64,000 bases of DNA from Entomortierella parvispora E1425. Taxonomy: Eukaryota; Fungi; Mortierellomycota. The notes beneath the pieces are model-generated. The model saw only the letters and a program-made list of their open reading frames with translations, was not told the DNA's origin and searched no databases. Below are positions 46,714 through 59,419 of this stretch, piece after piece; position 1 is the stretch's first letter; every line of letters starts with the position of its first letter. The stretch is taken from the NCBI GenBank assembly GCA_020891255.1, contig BQFW01000015.1, positions 1,488,001 through 1,552,000 of the forward strand. The letters are read 5' to 3'. The position numbers and the translations under genes were made by a program.

Positions 46714-48831
46714 TCACCGCTGCATCTCTCTCCTCGCGAGCTGCTGTGCGCGCGTGTTCTGGAAGCTACAATGGATGGAAGGCAACAGTTAGAACAGACT
46801 CGCAACATGGCAACCTTGGTGTCCCGCGTTCCTTACCTCAGATACGCATTCCAGGCAATACCGACTGCACCGACAAATGGAAGTCTCAATTGCAATGGCA
46901 TGACACTATTTTCATAATAAAAGACAGGTCAGAGTAACACTCTTTGCTTGACAATGCAATTGAGTGTTGTTCGTAAGCAGTCATAACCACGAACCTGAAG
47001 TTGACGAGCTGAACAAGGGGCCAGACCATATAGTTTGCTTTGAGAGTATCGATATATGTCTAGTTTGATGTGCATGGAAAGAGAAAAAAAATTAGCAACA
47101 TTGGCGTGATGATGACAAAATGATTATGTAGAGATCTCAACCACCTGCTTCATTTCTTACATTGCTCATCTTATCTTTGATCTCCTTCACTCCTCCACCC
47201 TCCATGACCGTGAGGCCACTGAAAAGTAGGGCTAAACCTACAGGAGCAAAGAGCGCTTGATCCGCCACCATCCGCTTGAGACCAGGGGTCACAGTTCTTA
47301 CAAACTTGGACGAAGGTTGCATTGGACCCTTTGCCACTGCATTGCCGGTCGAAGGGTGCACAGAGTTGGCGGCTGAGACTGGGAAGCTCTTGTCGAGAAT
47401 GATGTACCAAGACTGGATCAAAGGCGCGACTGAAAAGTTGTAGAGCATGAACCGACCCAGCCGAGGCACATCCAGTGATTCCGAGGGGGGAAGATCAGAT
47501 CGGTGGGTGACCATATCTTTGACTGAATACACAGAGTCATGGACCTTGTCTTTCACCTCGTGGGTCTTTTGGGAAACTTGGTTCTTTGTCTCGCTCACTG
47601 CGCCCTTGATTCTGTCTTTTGCAACGTCAACCTTTTGAGAGTAATCATCATGTCTGCTGTGCGCCTCCTCCCCTTTGACCGTGTCTTTGACGCCCAGGTG
47701 CGCTTTGTGCTTTACATTCTCGACCGCGCCTTTGATTCTGTCTTTGGCAACGTCGACCTTTTGAGAGTAATCGTCATGTCTGCTGTGCCCCTCCTCCCCC
47801 TTGACCGTGTCTTTGGTGCCCAGGTATGCTTTGTGCTTTACATTCTCGACTGCATCTTTGATTCTGTCTTTTGCAACGTCGACCTTTTGAGAGTAATCGT
47901 CATGTCTGCTGTGCCCCTCCTCCCCTTTGACCGTATCTTTGGCGCCCAGGTGCACTCTGTGCTTTACATTCTCGACCGCGCCTTTGATTCTGTCTTTTGC
48001 AACATCGACCTTTTGAGAGTAATCGTCATGTCTGCTGTGCCCCTCCTCCCCTTTGACCGTATCTTTGGTACCCAGGTGTGCTTTGTGCTTTACATTCTCG
48101 ACAGCATCTTTGATTCTGTCTTTTGCAACGTCGACCTTTTGAGAGTAATCGTCATGTCTGCTGTGCCCCTCCTCCCCTTTGACCATATCTTTGGTACCCA
48201 GGTGCGCTTTGTGCTTTACATTCTCGACCGCGCCTCTGATTCTGTCTTTTGCAACATCGACCTTTTGAGAGTAATCGTCATGTCTGCTGTGCGCCTCCTC
48301 TTTGACCGTGTCTTTGGTGCCCAAAGTCATTTGGTGTGCATTGTCTTTGACGCGGTCCTTGGTCTCCTCCAGCGCTTCCGAGACCTTGGTTCGCTCTTGG
48401 TTCAACGTCTCCTTGGCCGATTCTGTTCCCTCGACGGCGATCTGGCCCATACGATCCTTGGTCTGTTCCATAGCTTCCGAGGCCTTGGTCCGTTGTTGAT
48501 CCAACGTCTCCTTGGCCGACCCTTTTCCTTCAGAGGCCTTCTGACCCATGCGGTCTTTGGCCCGATCCATCTTGGACTGGACGAAATCCGAGGTGCTGTT
48601 GGCAGCAGCAGCTCTTGGGACGAGATGTGGCTCGTGCCAATTGGACAGCTCCACATCATGGGCCAAGGCTTCACTGGGGGAGAGGGAAGCCGGTGGTGAA
48701 GCGAGGTACTTTTGTGTGAGTGTGTCCGATATTCCAGCGAGGACGGCGTTGGTGGTGCAGATGGTTAGGATAGGACGGGCCTGATAGTGTCGGCTGTAGA
48801 AAGCGTAGGCTGGTTTGAGGATGGACGCCAT
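46714..48831 (-). CDS. Mpv17/PMP22 (Sym1-like) membrane protein with a large LEA-like repeat insertion, ~620 aa, 4 exons
   Basis: RPILTICTTNAVLAGISDTLTQ (TM1), D..RLGRFMLY, KRMVADQALFAPVG; spliced LKANYMVWPLVQLVNFSVMPLQLRLPFVGAVGIAWNAYLS. TGA at 46716-46714. Confidence 0.9.
47597..48320 (-). repeat. Six in-frame tandem copies of a 126-bp (42-aa) coding repeat
   Basis: GAGAGTAATC recurs at 47637, 47763, 47889, 48015, 48141 and 48267 (period 126). Unit: EEGHSRHDDYSQKVDVAKDRIKDAVENVKHKAHLGTKDTVKG. Confidence 0.97.
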
Positions 48832-50481
48832 TTTGATATTTCCTGGTTATTGCGAGAAAGGCAGTTGAGTGTAGAAGGGATAGATAAAGATGGAGAGATA
48901 GAGATAGAGATAGAGAGATAGATAGAGACGGAGAGATGAAGATGGAGAGATGGAGAGGAGAGAGACAAGAGAAAGCGAGGTCTGGAATATGAACATGTCT
49001 TATGACTGCAGGATCGACTGTCCATTGGAAGGCATCATCACGACCGCATAGCAATCACAACTATCATCATGATGACTGAGACAGGCCCTCTGAGGCAGCG
49101 ACTGCACACATCGCCATCATGCACGCTAACGAATTTGTTCGTGCTACAATGGTGCCCAAGCGCGTGCCTGTCTAGGACACATAGGCGAAGAAGGTCTGCC
49201 CATCTAGGGCCAATGCGGCTCTGCACCCTGACAGTCTCAAGAAACGTCATGAGGAAGTTTTGAGGATAGACTGTCGGCCATTGATTATCTACGCGTCCTA
49301 CCAAACGCCCAAGTAGAACACGACTGGGGGCAACCTGGGCTGCCAAAGTGGCCACCACCAAATCAAGCCGTTCCATGATCATTCCACGGAAGCGGACCTA
49401 GCGGCCAAGTAATTATTTTTGCCTCCATTGGTGCACGTTCACAGCAAACGTCGTTCAGCCCCGCCTGGTCCCCGCCCGGGTGTCCCTGTTTTGGGAAGCC
49501 CTCTCTGGTCAATATTCCCCCGCAAAAAATTTCACATTTTCGCCTCCGCTTTTGGTAATCCCCCTGTTTGGATTTTGAATGGGTCTTGCTGGACTTGTCA
49601 AGGTTTTGCAACCCAGTGGGTAAACGGACCCCGCCCTCGCCGCTGCCGGGTCAAGGCTTCAGTCGATTCTTCTTTTCTTGTCAGAGTTTTGAAAAAAGTA
49701 GTCACCTCAGGATATTTTTTTTTGTCAAAGGGGCGAAAGCATTGAGGACCAAAAAAGTCGTTGAGCAAGTTGAACGAACCAGTGAATGATGTGGCTCTAG
49801 AAAAGGTTTCTTTTCCCGTAGAAAGAAAAGGCTCTCTTCTCCAGCTTGGACTGAATGATATGGTGATTGGTGATGGAGGATGCTGCGGCGTACAGACAGA
49901 GAGATGGGGTTGGGGAGTGCCTTCCTCGCTCCCACTCCTTGCGTCAACCACACAGGGCCGTGAGAAAGGAAATTAAGCGCATTCCACACTCTTGAAGTCT
50001 GTGCTTTGTTCCTGGAGAAGAGGGGCGAGGGATTGTGGATGCAGGGATGAAGGGTTTCTACCCTACCCTGACCCCCTTCCTTCCCACCACACTGGGGGGG
50101 GGGGGGATGCCTTCTCTGTGAAATGTTTGTTCCTGAAGAAAGACCGTGCGCGTGTGCGCGCAAGTCTCTTCTAGCCCTCCTACATGGTGTAGACTGACGC
50201 TAGCATTGCCGATCCATTGAACATGCATGACAGTAAAGGATTTTGTGGGGGTGAAGGTGGTGATCAACACCATATTATTATTGTTTGTTTCTATAGTACA
50301 TAGCGAAAAAAGGACGAGACAAAGCAGAAAAGGACAGGAACAAAGATATTTTTTGGGGTGATTATTTACAAGGTAGAAACGAGGGGTGAGGATCTGTACA
50401 GCTTTCGTTTTTTTTTGGGGGGGGGGAGGGCTTGTTGGTTGGTTTTTTGAGTGGTTTTGAAAGATGCTGACGATCCATTGT

Positions 50482-51043
50482 TCACCAAAAGAATCCCTTC
50501 TTGTTGTTGTTGTTGGTTCCTGTCGTGGTCAAGGAGTAAGGCTGGGACTTGCGACGCATCTCCAAATCGTAATTGAAGTTTCCAGTGACAGCGACGGCAG
50601 AGTGACCCAAGGAGAACGAAGGTGGGGAGATCTTGTTCTGGTGAGAGGTCTTGTTGTAGACGTAGTTGCTCATGGGCGAAGTGGGAGGCGAAGGATAGGC
50701 AGATCCTGATGATGACAATCCTGTGCTGGAGCCCATGCCCGTCAATGTGGGCGAGGACAAGGGCGAGGACAAGGAGATAGACTTGCGCTGCTGGTTGCGG
50801 GGGAAGGTCTGGAGGTCATCAGGGTAGGCGTAGCCAAGAGAAGGGTGCGCGATGGCATCGGCCTTCTTGCAGCGGTCAGAGCAGTAAAGGCTCGACTAAG
50901 GAGAGGAAGAGAAGGAAACACGTTGTTAATTATCTTGCACATTCCAATATGAGAGAAGAGAGATAGCTAGACACGAGTATGAGACTTACCTCCCAGGCAA
51001 GGGGGATGTGCTGTTCGCAAACGGGGCACCAGTTAAGATCCAT
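50482..51043 (-). CDS. Ecl1-family (extender of chronological lifespan) zinc-binding protein, 2 exons
   Basis: MDLNWCPVCEQHIPLAWE|SSLYCSDRCKKAD fits the WCxxC...LYCSxxC Ecl1 pattern, followed by a Ser/Pro-rich tail. TATAAATA on the minus strand at ~51364-51371. Confidence 0.8.
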
Positions 51044-54000
51044 TGTTGTTCAAAGAGGTTGGATGTGGAGGTGGATAGAGTCGTAAAGGTGCGTTGATGG
51101 TTGCAACCGCAAAAAAAAGGTGAAAGAGTTCAAATAAAAAAAAGAAAAAAAAGTCTAGCTTATAGATGGGTTGGTTGCTCGGATATCGATCTCAAGAAGG
51201 AGGGTTGGGTAGAGAGAGTGAAGGCAGAGATCAAACATATAGAAGGGAGGGGATGAGGATGAGTGTTGAGAGAGAGTGAAGGGTTGCTGAGCAGAAGCAA
51301 GAGAAGTAGTATAGCAAGAGAAGTAGCAAGAAAAGACAGGAAGGAAGCAAAGGAAGCGGGCGGGTATTTATACGATCCCCGCGGGAGTGACGGGATGACT
51401 ATCGCATCATGTCAAGATGACATGTTATTGCGACTGAATACCGTTTTCTATCGCAAATCAAATCGCATCGCATCGAGTGTGCTTTTCACACACACACATA
51501 TACACGGGCACAGAGCAGCCAAATTTGATTTCTCATCCGGGTGTCGAAATGACAAATGTATTGAGTTCGATTCAATCTCACAATGTGCCAGTCTCCTGGC
51601 TCCTGATTCGCACACCTTTTCTTACCAAAAAAGAGTCATCCTTTGACAAAGCCCTGTTTCTATTTTTTTTTTTTTTTTTTTTTTTTTTTGGCCCTGCCTG
51701 CTCTCGTCTCTCTTCTTGGCGGCTGGCCCTCTGCCTGCTGAGGATCGCCCCATCGTGGCACCATCGCGCTCTGTCGTTGACATCTTTTGGTTTCTTGCTC
51801 CAGGGGGTCGTGGTGCCATCCTTGTTTGCTATTGCTATAGTGCCATGGCCCATTGTCCAATTCCCGTCCTTCTCGGTGTATGTGCCACATTCCTGCATCC
51901 CTCCCCTCTCCTCACTCTCGTTCACTCTCCTGCTCCACATTGGAAGGAACACAGCACGCTCACTTGATCAATCAATTGCCCGACAACAACAACAAGTGCG
52001 GGAGACAACACGTTTGTCCTTTGGAGTCCATTCAACCGTTTGCTGTGTCTCTGTGTACATTTGCCTCGGATGTGAACGGCAGCCAATCTTGCCTCCAAGA
52101 CAGGCCCATGCCCCAAATCATGATCCCTGCCTGTCCTTTGTAATTGAAAAAGGTGGGGGGAGGAAAGGGGATGCAATGACTGTAGGCAGAAATAGAACAA
52201 GGTGACCCGTGTGCAATTGAGCACTGTGAATGTAATAATACGGGTCAAGGGAACATGGTCGCCACGGGTGGGAAAGGTGGTCCATGATAGTCCAGAATCC
52301 AGAGAACCCTTTTTCCTTTCTCCCATCATTGGACGTTGCCTATCAGTTTTCAGTCGGGTACCTATCTTATTACAGAAGAGTCGCACGCACGACCCACGAA
52401 GACTCCTTGAAAAACCAAAAAAAAAACCAGAGATAGGCATCCTAAAAGTCCTGACCAAACAACTGTTCTCACGTTTTGATTCTGACGATAAAGGCCTGAC
52501 AAAAAGGAAAAACTGCAGTTGTGAACCAACCTCACTTCCTCGTCTATCTCCTTTTCTCAAAGGAAGTCCCACCGTCCAGCAAAAAAAAAATGTTTCGTAA
52601 CCTGCATGTTTGTTCCTTCCCGAGACAAAAAATCCCAGTGACTAATAATTGACTGGCAACAGCAGATTGGACCCAGCTACATGCAGGTCACCAAAAGGAG
52701 ACGAGAGGAGAAGGAAGAAGAGTGGACATGATCGGGCAAGCCAGGGAGAGACAATTGAACGGAACACTTTCATCCGCGACCGGTGGGGGGAGGATAAATC
52801 TGCAGGATGGTCTTCAATTGACACGCGCAGCACCCGACAAAAGAAGGAAAAAGAACCTTTTTTTTTTTTGCTTTTTCTCTAGAACTTGTTGCGTCGGTGC
52901 GTGTCAAGAGCTGACGAATGTGAAAGCTCTTTGCTTTGCAATGACATCTTCTAGTCCGCCCTTGCACTTTTGTTTGCGTAGATTTTTTTTTCTGCTTGGA
53001 AATGAAAAGACGGTTGACCATTTCTGTGGTCGTGCTACCATAGAAAAAAAAAGAGTGATGTCGTCATTCAAGCTCCCCTCCACCGGGGGACACGACTCGG
53101 ACACCACTTTTTGACGTTTGCCTATTTGGATCAACCTGTAGTCGTCTTGATTTGGCTCCTTCCGGTTCCTCACGACGCCTGTCGGATTTGGTAAAAGAAG
53201 ACAAAAAAAAAAAGAAGATGTGGAGATATCTTTTTTGCGCAGGGGCCTGGTTCATTGTCCGTCACCATGGAGTGGTGTATCATTGAATGCCAGTCAAGAG
53301 GAGAGATCAAGATGGATGGTGGTGGTTTCGATCTTTACAAAAAGGAAAAAAAAATGCATCTCCGGGCAGTGTTTGACAATAATGGGGGCAAACATGCGAG
53401 ATTCGCCTTTTGGACCAGCAGCAGGTGGGCACACCACACGAGCCGAAGATGTAAGCATGGCTGTGACAGATAGTGCCTGCAGGAGGCAAGCCCTTGACCT
53501 GTTCACTTCATTGCTGCTCTGCTGTTCACGTTTGAGATGAAAAGCCAAGGACCAAACAGATCGATCCAACGGTTCAGCGAGCCAAAGGAAAACCTTTCCT
53601 AAAAAAAACAACCAGGCAAAAAGGCTCGTGTCCAAAGATATGCTCTCGCGTGCGTGCAAGCAGGCAAGACTCACACACCTGAAAGAGTAAACATGAGGTG
53701 ACCTCTGCTCTTGCCCCCGGTCGTTTCCTCGTAGCTCGTGAAATACCCGATGGTGTGATTACTCACAGCTCTTGTCCCTTCTATCAGCTCAGGCATGTGG
53801 GGAGAGGCACCTGGTTGCAAGCAGGCGCAAGCCTGTGCGCGTGCCGCAGGCTACCGACCGTGGTCCCATGGGTCCCATGAAAGAGTTTGCACTCAAAAAC
53901 GTGACCCCACGGGCGATCGACCCTTTCCAGGGATCCAGAAAAAGAAGCAGCTTTCTTCTTTGTTATCCCTTTTTGTTCTCAATGGCTTCCACGTAGCACT

Positions 54001-54445
54001 CCTCTGGATCGACATGGGCGTCACTCTTATTTTTTTCTTCTTATGGACAGGACATATACGACTGAGAAGAAGGCAAGAGAGACAGGCCGGTGTCGGCCCG
54101 GGTCAATTAGCCGCACAGAGCAAGGTCATCCAGTCTCTGTCGCCGTGGCCTCCTCGCTTCGTTCAACAGCACTACAGACAGACGGACAGACAGACAGACA
54201 AGAATGACCACGTGACCTTGAGAGGGCAGGCAGTCATACAGTAGCCCATAATGCCGTATGCGGGGCCATCAAAGCCATGTAATGTATGTATGTATGTCCG
54301 GCCAGTTCAGCCAGCCAGTCAGGGTCCCCGGCCCAGTCGTTTCTTCTTCTCTGTTCCATTCATTCATTCATTCATTCCATTCATTCATTCCTTTCATTCA
54401 TCCTTCTCCACACTTCCTCTTTCTTTCTCTCTTCGCTCTTTGCCA

Positions 54446-56524
54446 ATGCTGATCCCCATCGTCTCTGCTGCGGTATGTCTTGGCTCACGCAACGGACACA
54501 GTGACTGGACCAACTCTACCTTGCAGCGGACTCACCCCAGTCTTTTTTTTCGTCACTCCCTGCTTTCTCTATCTAGCCTGGCGCCGTTGCCCGCTGCCAG
54601 AAGCAAGGTCTCCGCCATGTGATCGCGTACCTGCCCAAGGACCATAGCAACAGCAGGAACAGCCGGACAACATCCGCCGCTCCTTATTCTACGCGCGCTT
54701 CTTTGTCTTCTTCACTCTCTGGACAAACCTCAGGGATCTTTGCTGATCAGAAGCGATTCATGCACAGCGATGGCAATGCAGCAGCAGCCACCTCGGAATC
54801 GACCCCTCCCTCCCCTCCTCCACCAAGCAGTATCAACAACAGCACCTCAGGGACACAGTCAACGCAGAGCCGCCCACAACGACAACGTCGACCCAACTAT
54901 ATTCGGGACTTTGAGGTTCCTCCAGACATGTCTCGACTTCCTCCAAAGTTTGGCGACAATCAACATATCGACATTGACAATGAGATGTGGGAGCAGCTCA
55001 AGGCCGTAGTGGATACGATCCATCACAAGGCCCCGATCCGTTACGCGTTTGCGTATGGCAGTGGAGTCTTTGCCCAGAAGGGATACGATGGCAAGGTAAA
55101 AAAGATTTGATTTCTTCACTGTCTGAGTCAAAAGTGGTTGCTGGAGCATGGAAGAATGGAATCGTGGATCGGCCTTCCTTCCCCCATCCATGAGTGCTTC
55201 TTCACCCCAGTCTCCCAGGTCCAGGAAGGACTGGTCAGTGGGTCCACTCACTCGGGAATCCACCTCATTTGTGCAAAAGAGTGAAGAAAAATATGCCCAC
55301 GGGAAGGCAGATGAGAGCCTCGTTCATTTCTCTTTCTTTTTTTGCAACCAAAGCAAAGGGCCCACCCCAGCAAAAAAAAGTGACTCTTTGGACAAAAAAA
55401 GGAAATTTGGCTTTGTGTGGGGATCACGTCAAAGAGGAGCGATTCCGGGTCCTGGCTGGACAAGCAGAGGCAGCTCAAAGGGCATGGACGACTCCGCAGA
55501 TCTAGAATCGCTGTCATATGCGTGAGGGATTTTTTTTTTTGTCTTTTTCTTTTTTTATCGTAACGGAACAAGGATCCACTCATCTTGAACTGTTCGTTAA
55601 CGCGCTCTTCGGAACTATGTCCTTGTGCATCCTGCTTAATAGAAAAAACCCATGGTGGACTTCATCTTTGGCGTGTCTCATCCTCAGCATTGGCATTCAC
55701 TCAACCTGCAAGCAAATCCACACCACTACTCTATCCTGGGCAAGTTTGGAAGCAAGGCTGTTGCCACAACTCAGGAGCGATTTGGAGCCGGAGTCTATTT
55801 TAATCCGTTTGTGGAGGTGAACGGGATGTTGATCAAGTACGGCGTTGTCTCGATCGATACGCTTTGCTACGATCTTTTGAACTGGGACACCATGTACGTT
55901 TCTGGACGACTTCACAAACCCGTCAAGATTTTGATTGATGATCCAAGGACAAGGCTGTCAAACCAGGTCAATCTTTTCAACGCCACCCGTGTAGCGCTGC
56001 TCTCACTTCCGAAACAATTCACATCCGAAGAACTGTTTACAAAGATTGCAGGATTGTCGTATTTGGGCGATTTCCGGATGAGCATTGGCGAGAACCCCCA
56101 CAAGGTCCAAAACATTGTCAAGGCGCAGTTGTCCCAGTTTCATCGACTGTACGATCCCCTGCTGGCGAATTTGAACAATGTGACGACATTGCGGGAGGGT
56201 TTCTTGGAACAAGACGATTCGCCTTTGGTCCGATCTAGGACGTTCCAAAAGCTGCCACCAAAGCTGAAGGAAGGAGTGCTGTATCGTTACCATTCCGCGC
56301 TGTCCAAGGCAGGGGTTGAGATTGTCAAGGAGGAACGCGGTCAGGAGATTCAATCGGTCGCGTCCGCACCGGATCTGGACAAATACATTGCCAAGACAGT
56401 TCACTCGATTGTCCAGATCCCAGCCTTGACCCAGTCCATCAAAGGCATCGCCACTTCTGGCCTTGTCAAGACGGGACACTACGGAATGCAGAAACTGGGC
56501 AAGTGGTGGGGCCGCTCCAAGTAG
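54446..56524 (+). CDS. TAM41: Mitochondrial phosphatidate cytidylyltransferase Tam41
   Basis: Exons 54446-54472, 54577-55095 and 55643-56524. Motifs PIRYAFAYGSGVF, MVDFIF, GAGVYFNPFV, IKYGVVS, YVSGRLHKPV, LSYLGDFRM. Confidence 0.94.
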
Positions 56525-56894
56525 AAAGAACGCGAGATTGACCGCATGTACAATATGACCCTAAAAAAAAGATATGACATAGACGCAGGAATATCTGCCA
56601 TTTACACAACCCCACTCATCTCAAATACAGTGTTCGGCCCGGAGGTCGCCTCCGATGATCGACATTTTGTGCAAACGACGCCAATGAAAAGTGGTAATGA
56701 TGCTCGATTTTATTATTTCGCAAAGATGTATCGCGCTCACGATAGTTTATGGTGTGGGGGTATCCTTCGCTTCCCCTTTCTTTGTTGTTTGTCTTCCTTT
56801 TTTTGTGTGTGTATAAACTAGACTCGTTCCTTGTTCTTACCTTCTCAAAACACTCGCATGGAACTCGTTATTTTTTTTTCTCCTTCCACGGTCT

Positions 56895-59055
56895 TTATGC
56901 TTGAGGGATAATAACCATGTCATCACGGTCAACACCAACACCGATCCACTCGACGGGGACACCACAAAGCTCCTCAATGCGACGAATGTACTTTTGGGCA
57001 TTGACGGGCATCTCCTCAAAGGTGCGGCACTTTGAGATATCAGTCTTCCAGCCGGGCAAGGTCTCGTACTCGACCTCGACGCGCTCCAACAAGGCCAAGT
57101 TGGCGGGGAAGCCCTCGAGGACCTTGCCGTCGACCTTGTAGGCGACACCAATCTTGATCTCGTCCAACTGATCCAAGATATCGAGCTTGGTGATGTTCAA
57201 GGAGGTGTATCCGTTGATGATGGTCGAGTAGTTGACAACGACCATATCCAACCAACCGCAACGACGCTTGCGTCCTGTCGTGACACCGACCTCGAAACCG
57301 ACCGTCTGCAAGTACTCGCCAATGTGGTTCAACTGCTCGGTAGGGAAAGGACCGCCACCGACACGGGTGGTGTAGGCCTTGACCACACCAATGACCTTGG
57401 TGATGGTCTGGGGTGGGATACCCAATCCAGTACAGACACCTCCGATGGTGGTGTTGGACGAGGTCACGTAAGGGTAGGTACCCCAGTCCAAATCCAACAT
57501 CAAAGCGTTGGCTCCCTCCACCAAGACCTTCTGCTGGCTCTTGATGGCCTTGTTCATGAAGTACACGCTGTCAATGACATAGGGCTTGAGCTTCTCGGCC
57601 AAATCCTGTTGTTTTTTTTTTTTGGAAAACGTATTCACAAAAAGGTCAGCACACTTGTTCCACGCTTTTTTTTTTCTGAATCTTTTCGAGATTTCTTTTC
57701 TTTTTTTTTTTTTCTTTTTTTTTTTTGCATACCTTGTATCTGACAAGCTCGGCCTCGACATCATAGTCAAAGACACCGTAACGCTTGTGCTTGTTGGCAA
57801 CAAGGGCACGGAACTTCTCAGCAAACTCCTCAAAGTTGTACAAGTGGTGGACGCGAAGACCGGAGCGGGAGGCCTTGGAAGAGTAGGTTGGGCCAATTCC
57901 CTTGCGGGTGGTACCAATGCTACAAAAGAAAGAGTGAAAAATATCGAGTGAGTCATTCGCTCATTCTTTTTGTCCTCTTGGATGCTTTACGAACTGGGCG
58001 TCCCTGCCACATCATGCTGGTATGATTTCGGCAAAGGATAAGTTTAGAATCAAATTCAGTTTTTTTGGACAATGTTTTTTTTACCTTCCGCGTCCCAATT
58101 CAAGCTCCTTGAGTCCATCAATAATCTGGTGGACATCAAAGACAAGATGAGCTCTGTCAGAGACAAAGAGGCGTCCAGTGCAGTCGAGACCTATTATTTC
58201 CAAGAGAACGGGGTATGTTAAGTGTCAAAGGCTACAAGTCAACCCGACCCACGGTCATAGAATAAGGTTGCACCCGATGTTGAGAGGAAGCATGAAAAGG
58301 GAAGAAAAAAAAATGGGGTCCCCAAGTGAAGTGGAAGAGTCGCAGAGACTGAAAAAGAAAACAATCAAAAAAAATTGATGGGCGGGGGGACCAGAGGGAG
58401 ATCTCTTTTTTGATTTTTGTGAAAGATCGGAACATACCCTTGTTCTCCAAGTTCTGGAGTTCCTCAAAGAACGAGGGAACGTGGACAACGACACCGGCAC
58501 CGACGACGGAAGTGCAGTGCTGGTTGACCAAACCTATTACGGAAACAAAGAAAAAAAAAAGAGTGAGTACAAAGAAGAAATATGCGAACAGCACGTTTTA
58601 GAAGAACTGGACGATCGTCGTCCAATTTTCAACCCTCTTTGGGCCAGTGATTTCTTACCGGAAGGAAGCATGTGGAAGTCATACTTGGTCTTGCCAACGA
58701 CAATAGTGTGTCCGGCGTTGTTGCCTCCCTATTCGAAAACAATTCAATTGCTACCGTTAGATCAGGGTTGTCAAATAGGGTGCAGAAAAAATATCCCACG
58801 GTTTTTCTGATAGATCGACGACGATCCATGATAAGATCTATGCCAGATCTCTGGTTCCTTTTTTGTTGGAGGAAGAGAAGGAGGGCGACAGCGGCAGGGT
58901 CCATGGGAGGACATGGATCTATTTACCTGGCAACGGGCACAGACATCGGCCTCCTGGGAGAGGATATCAGAGAGCTTTCCCTTGCCCTCGTCACCCCACT
59001 GGGCGCCGAGAACGACGGTGACGCCCTGCTTGGACATGCCAGCGGACTTTGACAT
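56895..59055 (-). CDS. ADE12: Adenylosuccinate synthetase
   Basis: [76 protein letters not shown]; multi-exon. Confidence 0.97.
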
Positions 59056-59419
59056 TATGAATTAGGGGGGTAAGGAGAGGAGAGGAGAAGAGGATGGAGG
59101 ATGAGAGAGGGGGGGTAAGATCAATCGGGCGAAAAGAACGACGACTGAAATGAACAAGGGCGGATTGTTACAAGAAAAAGAAGCAATGCATTGCAGGCAG
59201 AGACCTCTTTTATTGTCCTGTCTGACCCTCTCTCTCGCTCGCTCTCTCCCTTTGCCCGCCTCTGCCCAAAAAATTTCTTTTTCGATGACTCGCACGAAAC
59301 ACTGCAACGGATAAACAAAGTCACATTCACATCCTCCGACGAAGCGGCTTTCTTTATTCGGTGTGGAGCTATCATCGGTAGGCGGGATCGGTAGTCGGCG
59401 TTCTTGACTCGCTCTTCTT

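Noticed and set aside
47539-48699. 386-aa plus-strand ORF, and CRISPR-like appearance of the repeats
   Set aside because: The ORF is the antisense shadow of the coding repeat. The repeats are contiguous 126-bp in-frame units without unique spacers, in a eukaryotic gene with no cas genes.
51100-54440. Several 60-240-aa ORFs in the ECL1-TAM41 intergenic region (e.g. 51477-52205, 51922-52572)
   Set aside because: Low-complexity translations crossing poly-T/A tracts, without domain motifs; no tRNA or snRNA signature found.
57324-57743. 139-aa plus-strand ORF (also 62012-62656)
   Set aside because: Antisense shadows of ADE12 and ILV1.
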